Source: the human T2T-CHM13v2.0 reference genome, Homo sapiens. Taken from it: 64,000 bases of DNA. The stretch is taken from NCBI RefSeq assembly GCF_009914755.1, contig NC_060928.1, one strand, 5' to 3'. The position numbers and the translations under genes were made by a program. The notes beneath the pieces were generated by a model. That model was not told the origin of the DNA, searched no databases, and saw only the letters and a program-made list of their open reading frames with translations. Shown one piece after another: positions 50,301 through 64,000 of the stretch (positions are counted from its first letter, which is position 1; each line of letters begins with the position of its first letter).

Positions 50301-53300
50301 CTGTTGTTGCAGTTAAGTGGTTCTGAACGGGCCCAAATAGTTTTCCAATGTGGCCAGGATACATCTGGCCACTTGTACTGGCCCAATTATTCCAAGAATA
50401 AAGAGGTTTTCAAATGAGTCTTACTAGCAAGACATGCTTTCACTGTAATTTGAGGATCTGTGATTCAATAAAAACACAGCCCTTATATCAGACAGCTATA
50501 GAGAATTGTGAGGAAAATTAATCCGGTCCCCATTACTGCAAATACTTGGTAATTTAGTGCCTTCAGAAGTCAAATTAACCAAGCTGGTCATCAGATGAGG
50601 GAAGTCTCAACCTCTCAGTGTTAACCTGCAACTGAACATATTGTGGCGTGTGAAAGTGGTCTCTAATGTGTACACAGATCAGTTAAACTTTTACATTTTA
50701 CATTTAGAAGGCAAATATTGATGGGTTATTATTTTTGCACTCCATGTTGTCTGATGTCAATTCTTCACTCTCCTCTAAAAAAAAAACAAAAACCCAACAT
50801 AAATAAAAGAACCAGTGCCACTGGCTGACAGTGTAACTTTGCAGAGGACTACCCATCTGCTGGGTGACGTTTTCCTACATTACTCCAACTGAAGTGGTTA
50901 TTTTTATCCAGCACTTACATGACTGAAAGCAGCCATCACTATGTTTACAAAAATACATCATAATGATACATACTGCTGTTTAGACACATTTACATTAGAG
51001 TTCTGACTCAAGCACTCCATTTGACATGTTTTGCCAAACAGTTCTGGCACGTGTTGCCACATTAAACATACACCAGCAAGACTTGCACCATATGTGCAAA
51101 ATCATTTTCTATTACATTTCTAAAAATCTGTATATATGAGCTGTCAAAAATTAACGCAGATCTGTACTGTGAAATGACACAGCACTGAATGAGGAAAGTT
51201 ATACATTTAAATCTTTCCTAAAATTGAAGCTATTATCCATGGATGACATTTCAAAAAAATAATTGAAACCTAAGAAACTCAGGAGGTAGTCAATGGGTAT
51301 TAGGTTTAGGTTCTAGAGCATAAATTGAAGGATGGAATCTAAATGAGGACAATGGATGTTTGCTTTTCTGAACATATAGTGCACGTTTCATCTTTACCTG
51401 ATCTCCATCTGTTTTCTGAGAGCAACAGAAGGGAGGCAACAAGCCATTGAGAGCGGCAGGGGAATGTAGGAATCATAAACCTACAGATTCGAAGTCTGGG
51501 TTATTGCCTAATTTGGGGTAAACATCTGATACTGCAAGAATAGTTACTGGACTTAAAAAAAATCCTATCAACATCAGTTACCACTAGTTGATGGGACATG
51601 GAGTAGTTGGATCAAGTAAAAAAATGGTTAATAATTTATCTCTCCTTATAATCCTGTAGGAATCTCTTATGTCAATGTGTCTGTCACTGACAAAGGGATA
51701 AGGAACAATGCAGAATACCCGATCACCCACTAACTCTACAGCCGTGAAGTAGCTACAAATATGTCTCGAATCCCCTACAAAAGGAGATAACAATTTTCTG
51801 CAAATGCTCTAATATTATCCTTACATTCCTAGTGAAGCTTAATGAAACATAAATGGTAACGGTCACCTAAATGCTGTGGTGGAATGAGGAAAACCAAAAA
51901 AGTGATGCGCGGGTTCAAGGGCTAGAGGAAATATTTACAAGTAAATACAGAAAGTACTTGTAAAATGTTCAAGTAAAATGAGAAAGTACTTGTAAAATTG
52001 AAATGGTTACAGTTTTTCTTGAAAGCATTTAACACTAAGGTTAAGCCATGAGATTTTGAACAATGCACCGTCAAGAGTCAGTGAGAAATGTGACTTTAGT
52101 AACTGCTTGCAAAATACTGGTCCCCTCCACAGGCTCCTGACCTACACTATCCAATACATATCATTTGAGGGTCATCCTGAGCCTGGCTGGAACTGAGCTT
52201 GGGGCTTCAACTCACTGCGAAAAGCCGGCATGATCTTTGTAACAAGATTTTAATTTGGAAAACACAGGACAGTTGTCACTTTTTGTAGGTATGGCTCTTC
52301 TGCTTATGGACCACACCTAGTCACCGACAAAAAAGCCACATTTAGTCTTTGTTGTCAAGCCAGCCCCGTGACCTCCTCCTCTCACCAATTAAGTGGGGGC
52401 ACAGCTGCATCCTGAGCTGTTTTAACTCAATCTATTTTACACTACCAATGCTAACATGACTCAAGAAGGACTCTAAAAGCTGACATGACTAAGTTTCTTG
52501 TGAGAGCAATCTGTCCATTTGCCAGATAAAGATGCAGAAAATCAAATCAAAATAATAAGCAACACCTTCAAGTCTCCAAGGATTTCAACTGAAAGGCTCA
52601 CAGAGCAATGACAGCATCCGATCCTAGTGAGTGAGCTTTTAACCTGGCTACACAGAGGCCCAATGGGCCTTGCCAAAATACAAATGAACATCCTTTGTTG
52701 GTCCTGATTTAAACAAGAGGAGACCATGCAGACGACCACCGTGAACTTACGTACATACCAGCCTTAAAGGTGAAGCTCAAGGGGCAGTGTGGATATGTCC
52801 CAAGGAGAGGAGCCAGCAGTGTCCACAGTGATGCTGTATCACGGCCTCAGTGGCGGCTAGTGCCTGCGTCAGACGCTAGGCTTGGCTAAAGGAACCCAGC
52901 AGATACACAAACAGTAGAAGTACAATGGAATATCTCACTCAGGAGCAAAAGTCGTAGGAACATTTCACTCAGGCAAAAGCTGTAGGTCCGAGACCCAGCA
53001 GAGGAGTTAGAACTGGCTGTGCGATGCTGAGTATGGAGTCTGTCAGCCTTGTGCAAAAGAGATGCCCAACAATTAGTCTCAACATTCAGAATCTGTGGAT
53101 GGAGAAACAGCTGATAGAGAAATGATTAACCTGGAATGGGTGCGAGGGAGGAAGAGACCATGTGTAACTTTGGAACAAAAGTGGTGTGCAAACCTGGGAC
53201 AGCAGCCTTCTCAGGAGGTAACAGTGACAGCCAAAACACAGGCTGCTGCCCCCCGCCCTTGCAGCAGTGGTGCAGGTGCGTTGTCATGTACGGCCATGGA

Positions 53301-55454
53301 GCAGGGGTGCAGAAAGTGCTCTCATCAGCCTCAGCGAAGACCAGCACGATAGGGCTCCAAGATGATATTTGGATATGAAGAAATATTCAGGACTCTCAAA
53401 CTTCCAGAAAAACAAGAAGGGCTAGTCTGTTTTTCTTAAAAGCAGTGATCAAATATTGTTGCTTTAGAAAAACAGAACGATGTATTCAGCAGTAAGGACA
53501 ACTTAAGGCCAATGAAAAATTAAGGTAAGATGGAAAAACAGATGAGGCTATGGTGGTGTTTTTCTTCTAGCGAAGATGTCATGTTGTCAAAGAATCTTAT
53601 AAGACAGACACTGACTTCTCGGACCTCTAAAAAATGCTTTAAGAGGTATCTTTCTTCCTTGGAGAGCCAAAGAGACTGGTCTCATGGCTGCCGTAAGAAC
53701 ATGGCATTTGCCCATATCATTTCTTTTACTTCCAAATTTTAGCTAATTTGCCCCAAATAGAATTGAATATTGGTTCTCCCTATTCCATTGAATGATATGA
53801 CAAATTTTAGTTAATTTTCTCAAAACAGGATTGAAATATTAGTGCCCACTACATCATTGAGCAGATCTGACAGATGACCACCTCCATAAACATTAAACTT
53901 TTCAATGGATGAATTCTAGTAATACAAAAAAGCTAATAAACAAAAGCTACAGAAAGACCTGTTTCTAGGACTTTGTATATAGTGAATACAAACTAAATAT
54001 TAAATCTAAAGGACAATTTATGAGTTTATGTTGACAAAAATAGCCCAAAAACCCTTTATCAATGGATGCTCATTAACCTGAATCTCCAACCAATTTTCAA
54101 AAACCCTTGGTCATGTCTGTAGATGACATTAGTAGCCTTCAATAAACGCTGTCCATTTAGCCCTTTGCTCTACAAAGAATGTAGTAATCTGGACTAGTTT
54201 GGTAAAGAAAGCCTCTCCTGAGTCCAAACAGGAAGCCCTCAGAAATGATGACTCTAGCACCTCTATAGCATTTGCCAATATGGAAAGTTTCCAAAGATAC
54301 CACTAATTTCACATATGGAACTCAACAAATTAACCAGGGGATAGCGGCACAGTGCTGACTTAGCCATAGCTAAGGGGTACATTGGGGTAAAGGAGGCACG
54401 GAGGGGATGAAATGTTTTCATCAAGGACAATGGGAAACAAGTTTCATACAAATTCTAAAGATCAGCTCAGCAGAGAAAGACCCTCAAATTTCAGAGCAAT
54501 TACTGACAAGCCCATTGCATAGTTGTCAGAATCGCCTTGAAGCTGTGTGTATACAATGCCAGAACATCTAGTCAATTCAGCGAATACCATCAGTCACACC
54601 ACTTGTTTGGTCTTCAGTGCACCAAACAACTAATTGCTTTAAATTTTCATTGTTCTACCCATCACTTTGGCATTGTGTCAACAAAGCCTGATTTAAGGCT
54701 ATGGAAACTGCGGATTTATTAACCTACAAAACTGAGCATTTGAAAATGGTTTTGGATCTTTGGATGTTTCTTGACTAACAATGAAAAATGACTACTGTTT
54801 GTAAACTCCAGAGATCAAATAGTGCCTTCTTGATCAACACAGTGGTTTTTAAACAACAGAAAAACAGTTGACCTGTAATTAATCACTGTCTGCAGATGTT
54901 GCCTCTGTTCTCTGGTTTCCTTTTAGTAATAGACATTATTAATGTCAAAATGGTATATGATGTCATCTATCCTATGTCTTTGCCGAGAAATATGAAGTCA
55001 AGTCTTTGGAAAACATAAAGACAACTTATTTGAATTAAGAGAATGTTTGCTTCTTGTCCCTTAACACAACTCCATGTCTCCACCTTCTCCCATGGGCAGA
55101 AACACTACCCCAGCCTACCTTGGGGACTATCTCTGCCCAGGTAGCAGAGTTTGAAGATTTCAGAAAGGTAACTAGGAGCTCACCTATTTTTTCACCCTCA
55201 TGATCTAGCTAGTAATCATTTAAAAATCAGATGTAGTTTTTTCTTTTTATAATATAATATTCCAAAAGTCTGTTGTAGGTGCCACAGACTTCCCAAACAA
55301 CCCTAAAATGGATTTCTATTTGGGTACTGTGGCAGCTGAGAATGTGTAGACTATGGCAGAATGACAGGCTTTGGACTCTCAGGTGACAGGAACAGGACAT
55401 TCACAATTGGAACTCTTGAGAGGACCAGCTGCTACAACAGGAAGATTCTGTCCA

Positions 55455-55751
<297 letters not shown>

Positions 55752-56879
55752 TTAAACTTTAACAGAAGCTCTATAAGAAAAGCTTTATGGGAAATCCAAC
55801 GCAATGCCATGATGATGTCACTCATTAGACCCAATTTATTCCATACAAATTTTCTTCTCATGTGCAAAAGTAAAAAAAAAAATTACACAGATATAGAGGG
55901 TAATCCCTCTAAGGAACATTTGCTGTTGAAATAAAAGGTAAATTTGATTTGTAAGGCATGGGATGCACCATGTCTGGTGTAAGTCAAGGAGACAGATTTC
56001 AAAACCCAAGTTGTTACCTGCTCACATTTTGAGAATGTTACTATCTCCAGAAGCACAGCAAATACCATTAGCATGGTATTCTTTAACCAGCTACTAATTT
56101 GAAGATAGAGTACAATAAAATAACAGTCTTAATGACTGAGGAGGTGCCTAAGTGTTAGTTCAGAAAAGGTACCCATGTTCTTAGAATGTTGTGTGATTAG
56201 CTATACTTATTTCTGAAAATGTCATTTCTATACATGGGCTGACAAATATTTTTTACGTGTTATCTCCTCTAAATATTTAATTTTACCAAAAAGCAATTAA
56301 CATGCCCAGAAGAGTGAACTGTCGCAGCTGCCTCCAACACAGATAATCACCATATCTTGCCTACGTATTTCCCAACCAAAAGCGGGATGGAGGTCCACGC
56401 ATTGTGGCCCTAAGTGAAAAATGAGCTAGAGACAGCAGTCTCTGGTTAGGCAGCCTGGACTGCATCAGGCATCAGTGTGACAGTGGCTCCTGCAGTGTTT
56501 CCAGAGCAGCAGCACTAGTTCTCTGGGATGTATTTTAATCCATCAGTTCTACTGACTTGCTATAGAAATGTAAAATGTTGAGTAAGAATTTCTGGAAAAT
56601 GATACAGCGATGAGACCCCTTATTTGGCTCCTTTATAAGCCCAAAGGCAACTCCCTTGAGTACACACAGACAGGGCACTCAGTCAAGCCCCCAAGCTCAA
56701 CACTGCCCCTTGGAGAGTAACTCCATCATCTCTGATGATGTCAGGGAATACAGAAAACTATGGCTAGTTTGGCAGGACAGACCCTGGAAATTTCTGCCAC
56801 TTAGTCACTCTGAGTAAGTGGAATATTCAGACCAACTAATAGGAGGTGTGCTGGAGCACTTGTGCCTAGTAAATACAGG

Positions 56880-57072
56880 CATTTTCGTCTCAGGTGGCTT
56901 CCTGAATCGTGGGCCATGTGTGCATACGCCCCTAAGGTTGTCTTGATCTAGGAACCACGCATGCCTGCCCCATCCCTTCTGAATCAGAATGTCTGGGGGT
57001 AGGCCTAGGGAATCTCAGCTGCTAACAAAAACTACATATGCATCCTAGGCACATAATGTCCAGAATCACTGT
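56880..57072. mobile_element. MER5-type MITE
   Basis: catgcctgccccatcccttctgaatcagaatgtctgggggtaggcctagggaatct...agaatcactg. Confidence 0.55.
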
Positions 57073-57894
57073 GAGCATCTCAGGAGGGAGTGCAGAAGTA
57101 GAGTATTCTTTCCAATAACTAGGGCCTTAGCAGTGATAATCCGGCTTTTTTTTTTACTGTGATTTCCTCACCAGGAAAAATTTTTATCCCTATTTCAGTA
57201 AATCAATATTAAGTCTTTCCAGCCAATAAAACTGCCACTGAACTGTATAGGTTAATATTGAGCTTTTTGATATGGATTTTTCAGGTGTGAACAATGTTTT
57301 GTTGGCACTATAACACTTCTATTTGTCTAGGTCTGTATTTGCACTTGCTGAATCAACTGGATACCTCCTGATTCCTCCTTCCCACCCCTCTGCCTGGCCT
57401 ACAATAGTGCAGATCAACTGCAAAGTAATCAGCTATTAATACTGCTGAAGTCGTATTATCTCTGCAGTACACTTAATAGAAACTTTTTTTTTTTAACCAA
57501 AAGAGAAATGTTCTACTGGGCAAGGTGTATTTTAGCATTAAGGAGAATTAATCCTAAACAAATTTAAGGAGTTGGGCCAAGTATTCTTGAGAAGGTATTA
57601 GAAGGGGACACAAACTAGAACTGGAAATGAGGTAACATTGTACCCATTAAAAAAATTTTCCACACCTTCCCTTCTTCTGTGTGTTCCCCTATGCTCCAGT
57701 TTTGCTGGAGGTGGCCTTCTCTGGCAGCAAAGAAAATCTGAATTTGAAGCGTGAAACATGAGGTGCTATGCGATGCTTATGTACCACTAAGAGAGAACAA
57801 CAACGCTAAGGCAAACGGAGGTTTTTAAAAGAGCTTCTCAAGACTGAGTAGATGGGCCACATGAAGCCTAGACGTTCTCAGCAGAAAGAAATCA

Positions 57895-58251
<357 letters not shown>

Positions 58252-59389
58252 TCATTACCCACCGAGCCAGCCAGCCAGAAGCAGAAGTGATCTCCATTTC
58301 AAAGGCAAACATGCTTTTTTTAACCAAGTGGCTATGCTGACAATGAACCAGGTATTGAAGTGCGCAAATAATTGCTCAGACTTAGAAGGGGCACTTTTCA
58401 AATTACATTTGCATTTTCTATAACAAGAGCCAATGAGGTATAATGAACACCTTTGAAAGGGGAGCTATTTATAACTTACATTTTAACAGGTAGGTTAAAA
58501 TGTGTCAAGATCCAATGACAGGGAACACTATTTAAATCTAACCTGTAACTTTCCTTTTCAATCTATTAAAATATGCAAAACTTTGAAGAGTGTGATCAAA
58601 CAGGTCTCTTCAATTCTTTGGTTACTTTTAAGTACTTTTAGAAATGATGCTGGTGATCTATTTTAATAAGGTTTTACTTGTGTTTAACGCACCCAACACC
58701 TGGTAGTCACTGCATTACAACAGAAACATTAAAAAGCAAATTTTAAGAAGGGAGAATTGTGGAAACTGAAAAAAAAAATCACTAATAATCATGCAAAACA
58801 GGTTTCCTCAAATTATAGCTTCTGCAAATGCCACTATGTCAACTCAAAATTTTTCTTACTTTTCACCTTCATAATTTACGTCTGCTATAAAATTCCCGGG
58901 CTAAATAGCTGCAGTGGGACTAATTACGGGAATTTCCGTAACATTTATAAGCCATGTTTAATCAATTGCACCTACACAACCATTACTTTAGTTCTGGTTG
59001 TCCATAAAATTCTACAGTCCAGGACAAATTAATTAACCCATGATCTTAGTTTTAATATACTCCTTCCCCAGTAATTAAGGTGTACAAAACAAAGGGAAAA
59101 CTCATTCATTTTACAACTCGGCAAATTTACTACAGGTTATAAATTTGGCACCATTTGGATCTGATAGGGTTTTATTTCAAAAAGTGCTCTGTTGAGTTAA
59201 ACACTGAGAAGGGGAAATGGCATAGGAACCAACAAGAGGGAGGCAGCCCGATGCGGCTAGGAAACCGGCACGGAGTTCTGCGCGTGGAGACTCATCACGG
59301 CAGCATTCATACTCTCCTCAACAAGCAACGGCGTGATGTGGTTTCCTTTCCTAAGGAAGGCAACTGAGGCACCTAGTTTGTGCTCTGAA

Positions 59390-60400
59390 TTTAGTCAGGC
59401 TGGGTTTTAATTGAATCTTGGTTCTGTGTCTTATTAGACTAACGAGCTAGTTACTTCAAGTTGTTGGACCAAAGTTTCCTCATCTGTACAACTGAAAGGA
59501 ACTGAATTATCATGAGTACAAGATATGACTATTTGGGAGCATGAGCCAAGCCTTGGCTGGGTACAGTGGTGGACCCTGTGTATAAGAGACAATCAAAAGA
59601 TGGGCAGGGGCCCAGAGCTCCCAAAAAGTCCTTCAGCCCCGGTTGCAGTTTCATGGCAGGAGATGAGAGACGGAGGTCTGAATCAAGTCTGTGCAGGACA
59701 GAGAGAGGTGGGAGTGAAAGCTGTCGAACTGAGAGGGCTAGGCAACCAATTCCATGGGCCAGGGTATGTACGGGAGACTGAGGAAGCAAGATGATCCCCA
59801 GGTCAAACAGCGGTGTCTTTCACAAAAATGAGGAACAGAGGCTACGGCTGGGAGGAAAGCAGCAGGAGGGAAAATAAATCCATTGCTTCCCAAGCACTGA
59901 GAGGAACAGGCTCCTAAGGGCTCTGAATGGTTGACCCCCAGCCCTCAGGGAGGCTGGGTGGGCCGGGAGCGGGGGTGAAATCGGGGGGCTGGCTAACTCA
60001 AAACCACTCACTGTGTCACCAGTACTTTTGCGGAGGAAGCTTAAGCTTAGTAACTGTCACCATTTATTGAGCAACTGATGACCAGCCCGAAGCACCTGCC
60101 CCAAGCACTTTGCACACTTCCCTCCTTTCTCCTCACAGGTGGAGGTACTAGGTCTATTCCTCAGCTGGGCTCTGGGTTCAGCCTTGGGCAGGTGACTTTT
60201 CTAAACTTTGCTCCTTTGTGTTAAAATACAGATGATAATCCCAGCTTGGTGGTTTGTGGTGAGGAGACCAGCCGTCTCCCACCAGAAAAAAAGCTTATGA
60301 GGGCTGGGACTGTTACCTGTTTATTCAATGCCAGACTCTCAGGGTGGAGTACAGCTCCTCACACAATGCAGGTGCAATAAACATTTGCTGAATGGCTGAC
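59390..60400. mobile_element. Scattered MIR/L2 fragments
   Basis: aagtttcctcatctgtaca (59472), catttattgagca (60061), ttcagccttgggcaggtgac (60177), caataaacatttgctgaatg (60375). Confidence 0.5.
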
Positions 60401-62011
60401 GCAGTAGAGCACGGGCCTCTGTGGCTGGCACACAGCAGACACCCAGTAATGGTGGCTACAATGAAGAATTCTTACTTTTTTTAACCACTGAATATAAATT
60501 CGCAAAGTTAAAGAACTTTAAGGAGAGCAACATAGATGAGGAGCCACTAAAAAGGAGACTTCTACCATCCTTAATTTAAAAAATGAGACGTGCACCATCC
60601 TCTTAGTTATGGTCCCTGTAAATATTCGTCAGCCTTAAAAAAGACTGTCTAGCTGCTTTTTAAGCTGTTTATTTAACACCATATAATTTTTAAAAGCTGT
60701 TTTGCTCAGGAGAGTGAGCTTACCTGGTAAGCCAGGATTACAGCTTTATCTTACCAAGGAGGTCAAATCCATTTCCAAGGCCTCACAACTCAAAGGGACG
60801 GGGCTGCGGATGCCATCCTCAAGTTCAGAGTTCACCCTGTAAGCGATGCTTTGCTGTGCCCCTGAAAATGGTCTATTTCAAGATGGGATGGACTAGTGAT
60901 CTGGCAGCTGACAATCCAGGAAAAGAGCTTTCTCAAAACCTTTGAAAAAATCCACTGAATGCAGCAGCTCTACATAAAATGTTGGTCTCATAAAATGTAG
61001 GAATACCATTTGGAGGTAATTTTCATCAAGAAAAAGGGAAAGAAAAAGAAAGCAATTTATAGCCCAAAGCACAATTCAGAATGCTCTCTGGGTTATGGAT
61101 GAGATCTATAAACCTGTTTTAGCATAGTTAATAAGTAAAATATGATAAATAATAAAAACGAGAAAATGCTCATGTGCCTGAAATGACAATATAAAGAGTC
61201 ATAATGATGATGAGTCATAAAGTTTAAGTAGTCTTATGTAGATATTTCCCCTATCTTTTCATTTTTGTAGAATTCTGGTTGTATATTTTCAATTAGCCAC
61301 CCACAGGTTATTAAACATTGACCTATTGTTGAGTCACTGAAAAAAAAACAGAACAAATCACCCTTAATTAATGGGTTACTTAAGAGTCATCATCAAATGG
61401 AAGACACAGGTGTACATTTACTATTAAGCAAGGAAACTAGTTCTGAATTAGACTGCTTTGTGCCACACAGGCACAAAGCAGGGGTGTGGCAGTCAGGGAG
61501 AGCTTCCTGGAAGAAGTGGGCTTTTCAGCGGTGCTTTTTATATGACAGTATTGTCAAGTTAGGAAATATGGATTTAATTCTAGGGAGCAAAGGATTTTAA
61601 GCATATATTTACTTTGGATCTGTAATTCAGAAAAAAAAAAAAAAAAAAAAAAACAACTTTCCAGGGTGGAGAACAGAGAAGAAAGAAGCTGCTGCAATAG
61701 TCAGGTGAGAGAGTCAACCTAGGAAAAGAGAGGCAGTTCAACATGGCTGTAGAATTCTTAGACGTAGGAAGTAAGGGGGTCAGTGATATGTCAGAAACTT
61801 CTACCTGGGGTTGGTGGGGCCTTTACTGAAAACAGGAGGAACTGCAGATGGGTATTCAGAATAGGTGTGGTGAGATCAAGCGATGTATGGGCAAACCACT
61901 GTGGGCCAGGTATTTGGCACGGTGGTCTACAGTGAAGCCACAGGGACTGATGCTCTAGGTATGCATGTGGGACTTGTTAACACACATGTAGTCAATGTTA
62001 TAAGAAACATA

Positions 62012-62310
62012 ACTGGGCACAGGCTCATGCCTGTAATCCCAACACTTTGGGAGGCTGAGGCAGGACAATCACTTGAGCTCAGGAGTTCAAGACCAGCCTG
62101 GGCAACATAGTGACACCCCATCTCTATAAAAACTAAAAGTTAGCTGGGCGTGGTGGTGCACACCTGTAGTCTCGGCTATTTGCGGGGCTGAGGTGGGAGG
62201 ATCACCTGCGCCTGGGAGGTCGAAGATGCAGTGAGCCATGATCATGCCACTATACTCAAGCTTGGGCAAGAAAGCGAGACCCTGTCTCAAAAATAAGTGA
62301 ACAAATAAAT
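62012..62310 (+). mobile_element. AluJ within degenerate L2 sequence
   Basis: J-type Alu with TSD aRgaaacataactg. Confidence 0.87.
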
Positions 62311-63506
62311 AGGAAACATAACTGATGAGAAAAGGCAGTAGAGAGTGAGAGAAAAAGACAAAGCATGAACTCTGGAGAACAGTAGATGGAAAAACTCATG
62401 AAGGCGTCATAGGAAGAGGGGCAAGGAACCAGGAGAAAGTACTGACACTAAGGCTAAGGACAAGAGAGAGCACGGAGGAGGAGAGGTGAGGGCCTGGGGT
62501 GACCAGAGTGGAAAAAGGGTCACTGGACCAGACAACTGGAGAGTCACCAGGGGCCTCTTGCAGAAAACTCTGGTAGCGGTGGAAGTGAAGCCAGATTACA
62601 GGGTGGAAGAGCAAATGGAAATTAAAAGACAGAAGATAACGAATATAGACCAGCTTTTCAAATGTTTAATCATTAGAAAAAAATGAGGTCACCATTCAGC
62701 AATCATGAATTGAGTGTCTTCTATGACACTAGAGATGAGACCCGGGCCCAACTTTCAAGAAGCAAGATGTGCTGTAGTGTAGAATGAAGGTGCTGACCCA
62801 GGATACTTTGGGAGCCTGGAAGGAGATGGAAGTAGAAAGGAGAGCAATGACAGCAGAAGAGAAGGAGAATCCAAGGAAGGCTTCTTTTTAGGCTGGGGGA
62901 AACCTGAGAGCTTCCCCAGGGGATTCTCATGGGGATTGTCCATGGTTCTCAAGTCTCGTATGAAAGTCATATATTCAAAACTGAGTCTTGAACATCTTAT
63001 AAGTATGTACCATCTTTATTACTATTAAAACACACCATTTCTTCTACAGATTGGGAGAGACTGTGGTTTCTTCCATTTAAGTCCAGGTGAAAAAAATAAC
63101 CCATGTGCAGGGGCCCTGACTTCTGGAAAATGCCTATCTGCACACTGAAGAATCATGCCCAGTGTGTGAGGTGCCCAGAGTGAGGGGCATGTGGAACACA
63201 GGCTCTGTCTGAGGGAATGACAAGTTGGTGTCTCTCATTCCAGGCATCTCTGTGCAAACAGAATGGTGGAAAAATTGCCCATGCTATTTAAATTGTCATT
63301 AGCTCTGTCTTTCCCCACTTAGTACATGCAGCTGAATCTCTGTAGTTAAATACATGCGTGATCTTTCTCCACAAATTACATACTTACAGGCAACAGACCC
63401 ATAAACCTCAGTCAAAAACTATTTTGCTAGCCAGTCTGTTCTGGTATACACTGATAAGTTAATCAAGATACTTAAGAGAATTCCAAATGGAACATTCACC
63501 TTTTTA

Positions 63507-63644
<138 letters not shown>

Positions 63645-63681
63645 CTATCCCGTAACATGAAAATAAATAAATTTTTTAAAG

Positions 63682-63976
<295 letters not shown>

Positions 63977-64000
63977 TCTAAAAAGATTTTTGATGCAAAC

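Larger units (their letters stand above)
48875..55454 (-). other. BEND4: BEND4 3'UTR, ~6.6 kb (end approximate)
   Basis: Nearly repeat-free sequence from the BEND4 stop codon to the minus-strand AATAAA at 48892-48897. The repeat-dense intergenic region starts just beyond. Confidence 0.75.

Noticed and set aside
53095-53378. Three overlapping 73-85 aa ORFs in a GC-richer patch
   Set aside because: They lie within the BEND4 3'UTR with no splice signals or recognisable domain; expected by chance at this GC content.
61631-61653. Isolated A23 run
   Set aside because: No TSD or upstream SINE/retrocopy body visible; most likely slippage expansion in old L2 sequence.

Overview
This is primate (almost certainly human) genomic DNA holding the 3' ends of two convergent genes. 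On the + strand are the last eight coding exons of SLC30A9/ZnT9 (600-24048), with a proximal poly(A) signal at 25423 and a distal cluster at 28354-28423. On the - strand are the last three coding exons of BEND4 (63610-55455; the 63519-63610 exon is absent from the ORF track), with a ~6.6 kb 3'UTR ending near 48875. All exons have GT/AG boundaries and splice in frame. The rest is intron or intergenic DNA rich in repeats: about 34 Alu-family elements, L1, L2, MIR, MaLR/ERV LTRs and Tigger/Charlie DNA transposons. Nearly all other ORF-track entries are repeat-derived noise. I found no new gene or new biological system. The best second-look items are: a very young AluYa ~42 nt from the terminal SLC30A9 acceptor; an inverted Alu pair in the long SLC30A9 3'UTR; recurrent miR-19/miR-128 seeds and a Pumilio-in-hairpin motif in the Alu-free BEND4 3'UTR; multi-layer transposon nests; and several recent tandem duplications. 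Gene and repeat-subfamily names come from recognising remembered sequences, not from database searches. Repeat edges without a stated TSD are approximate.
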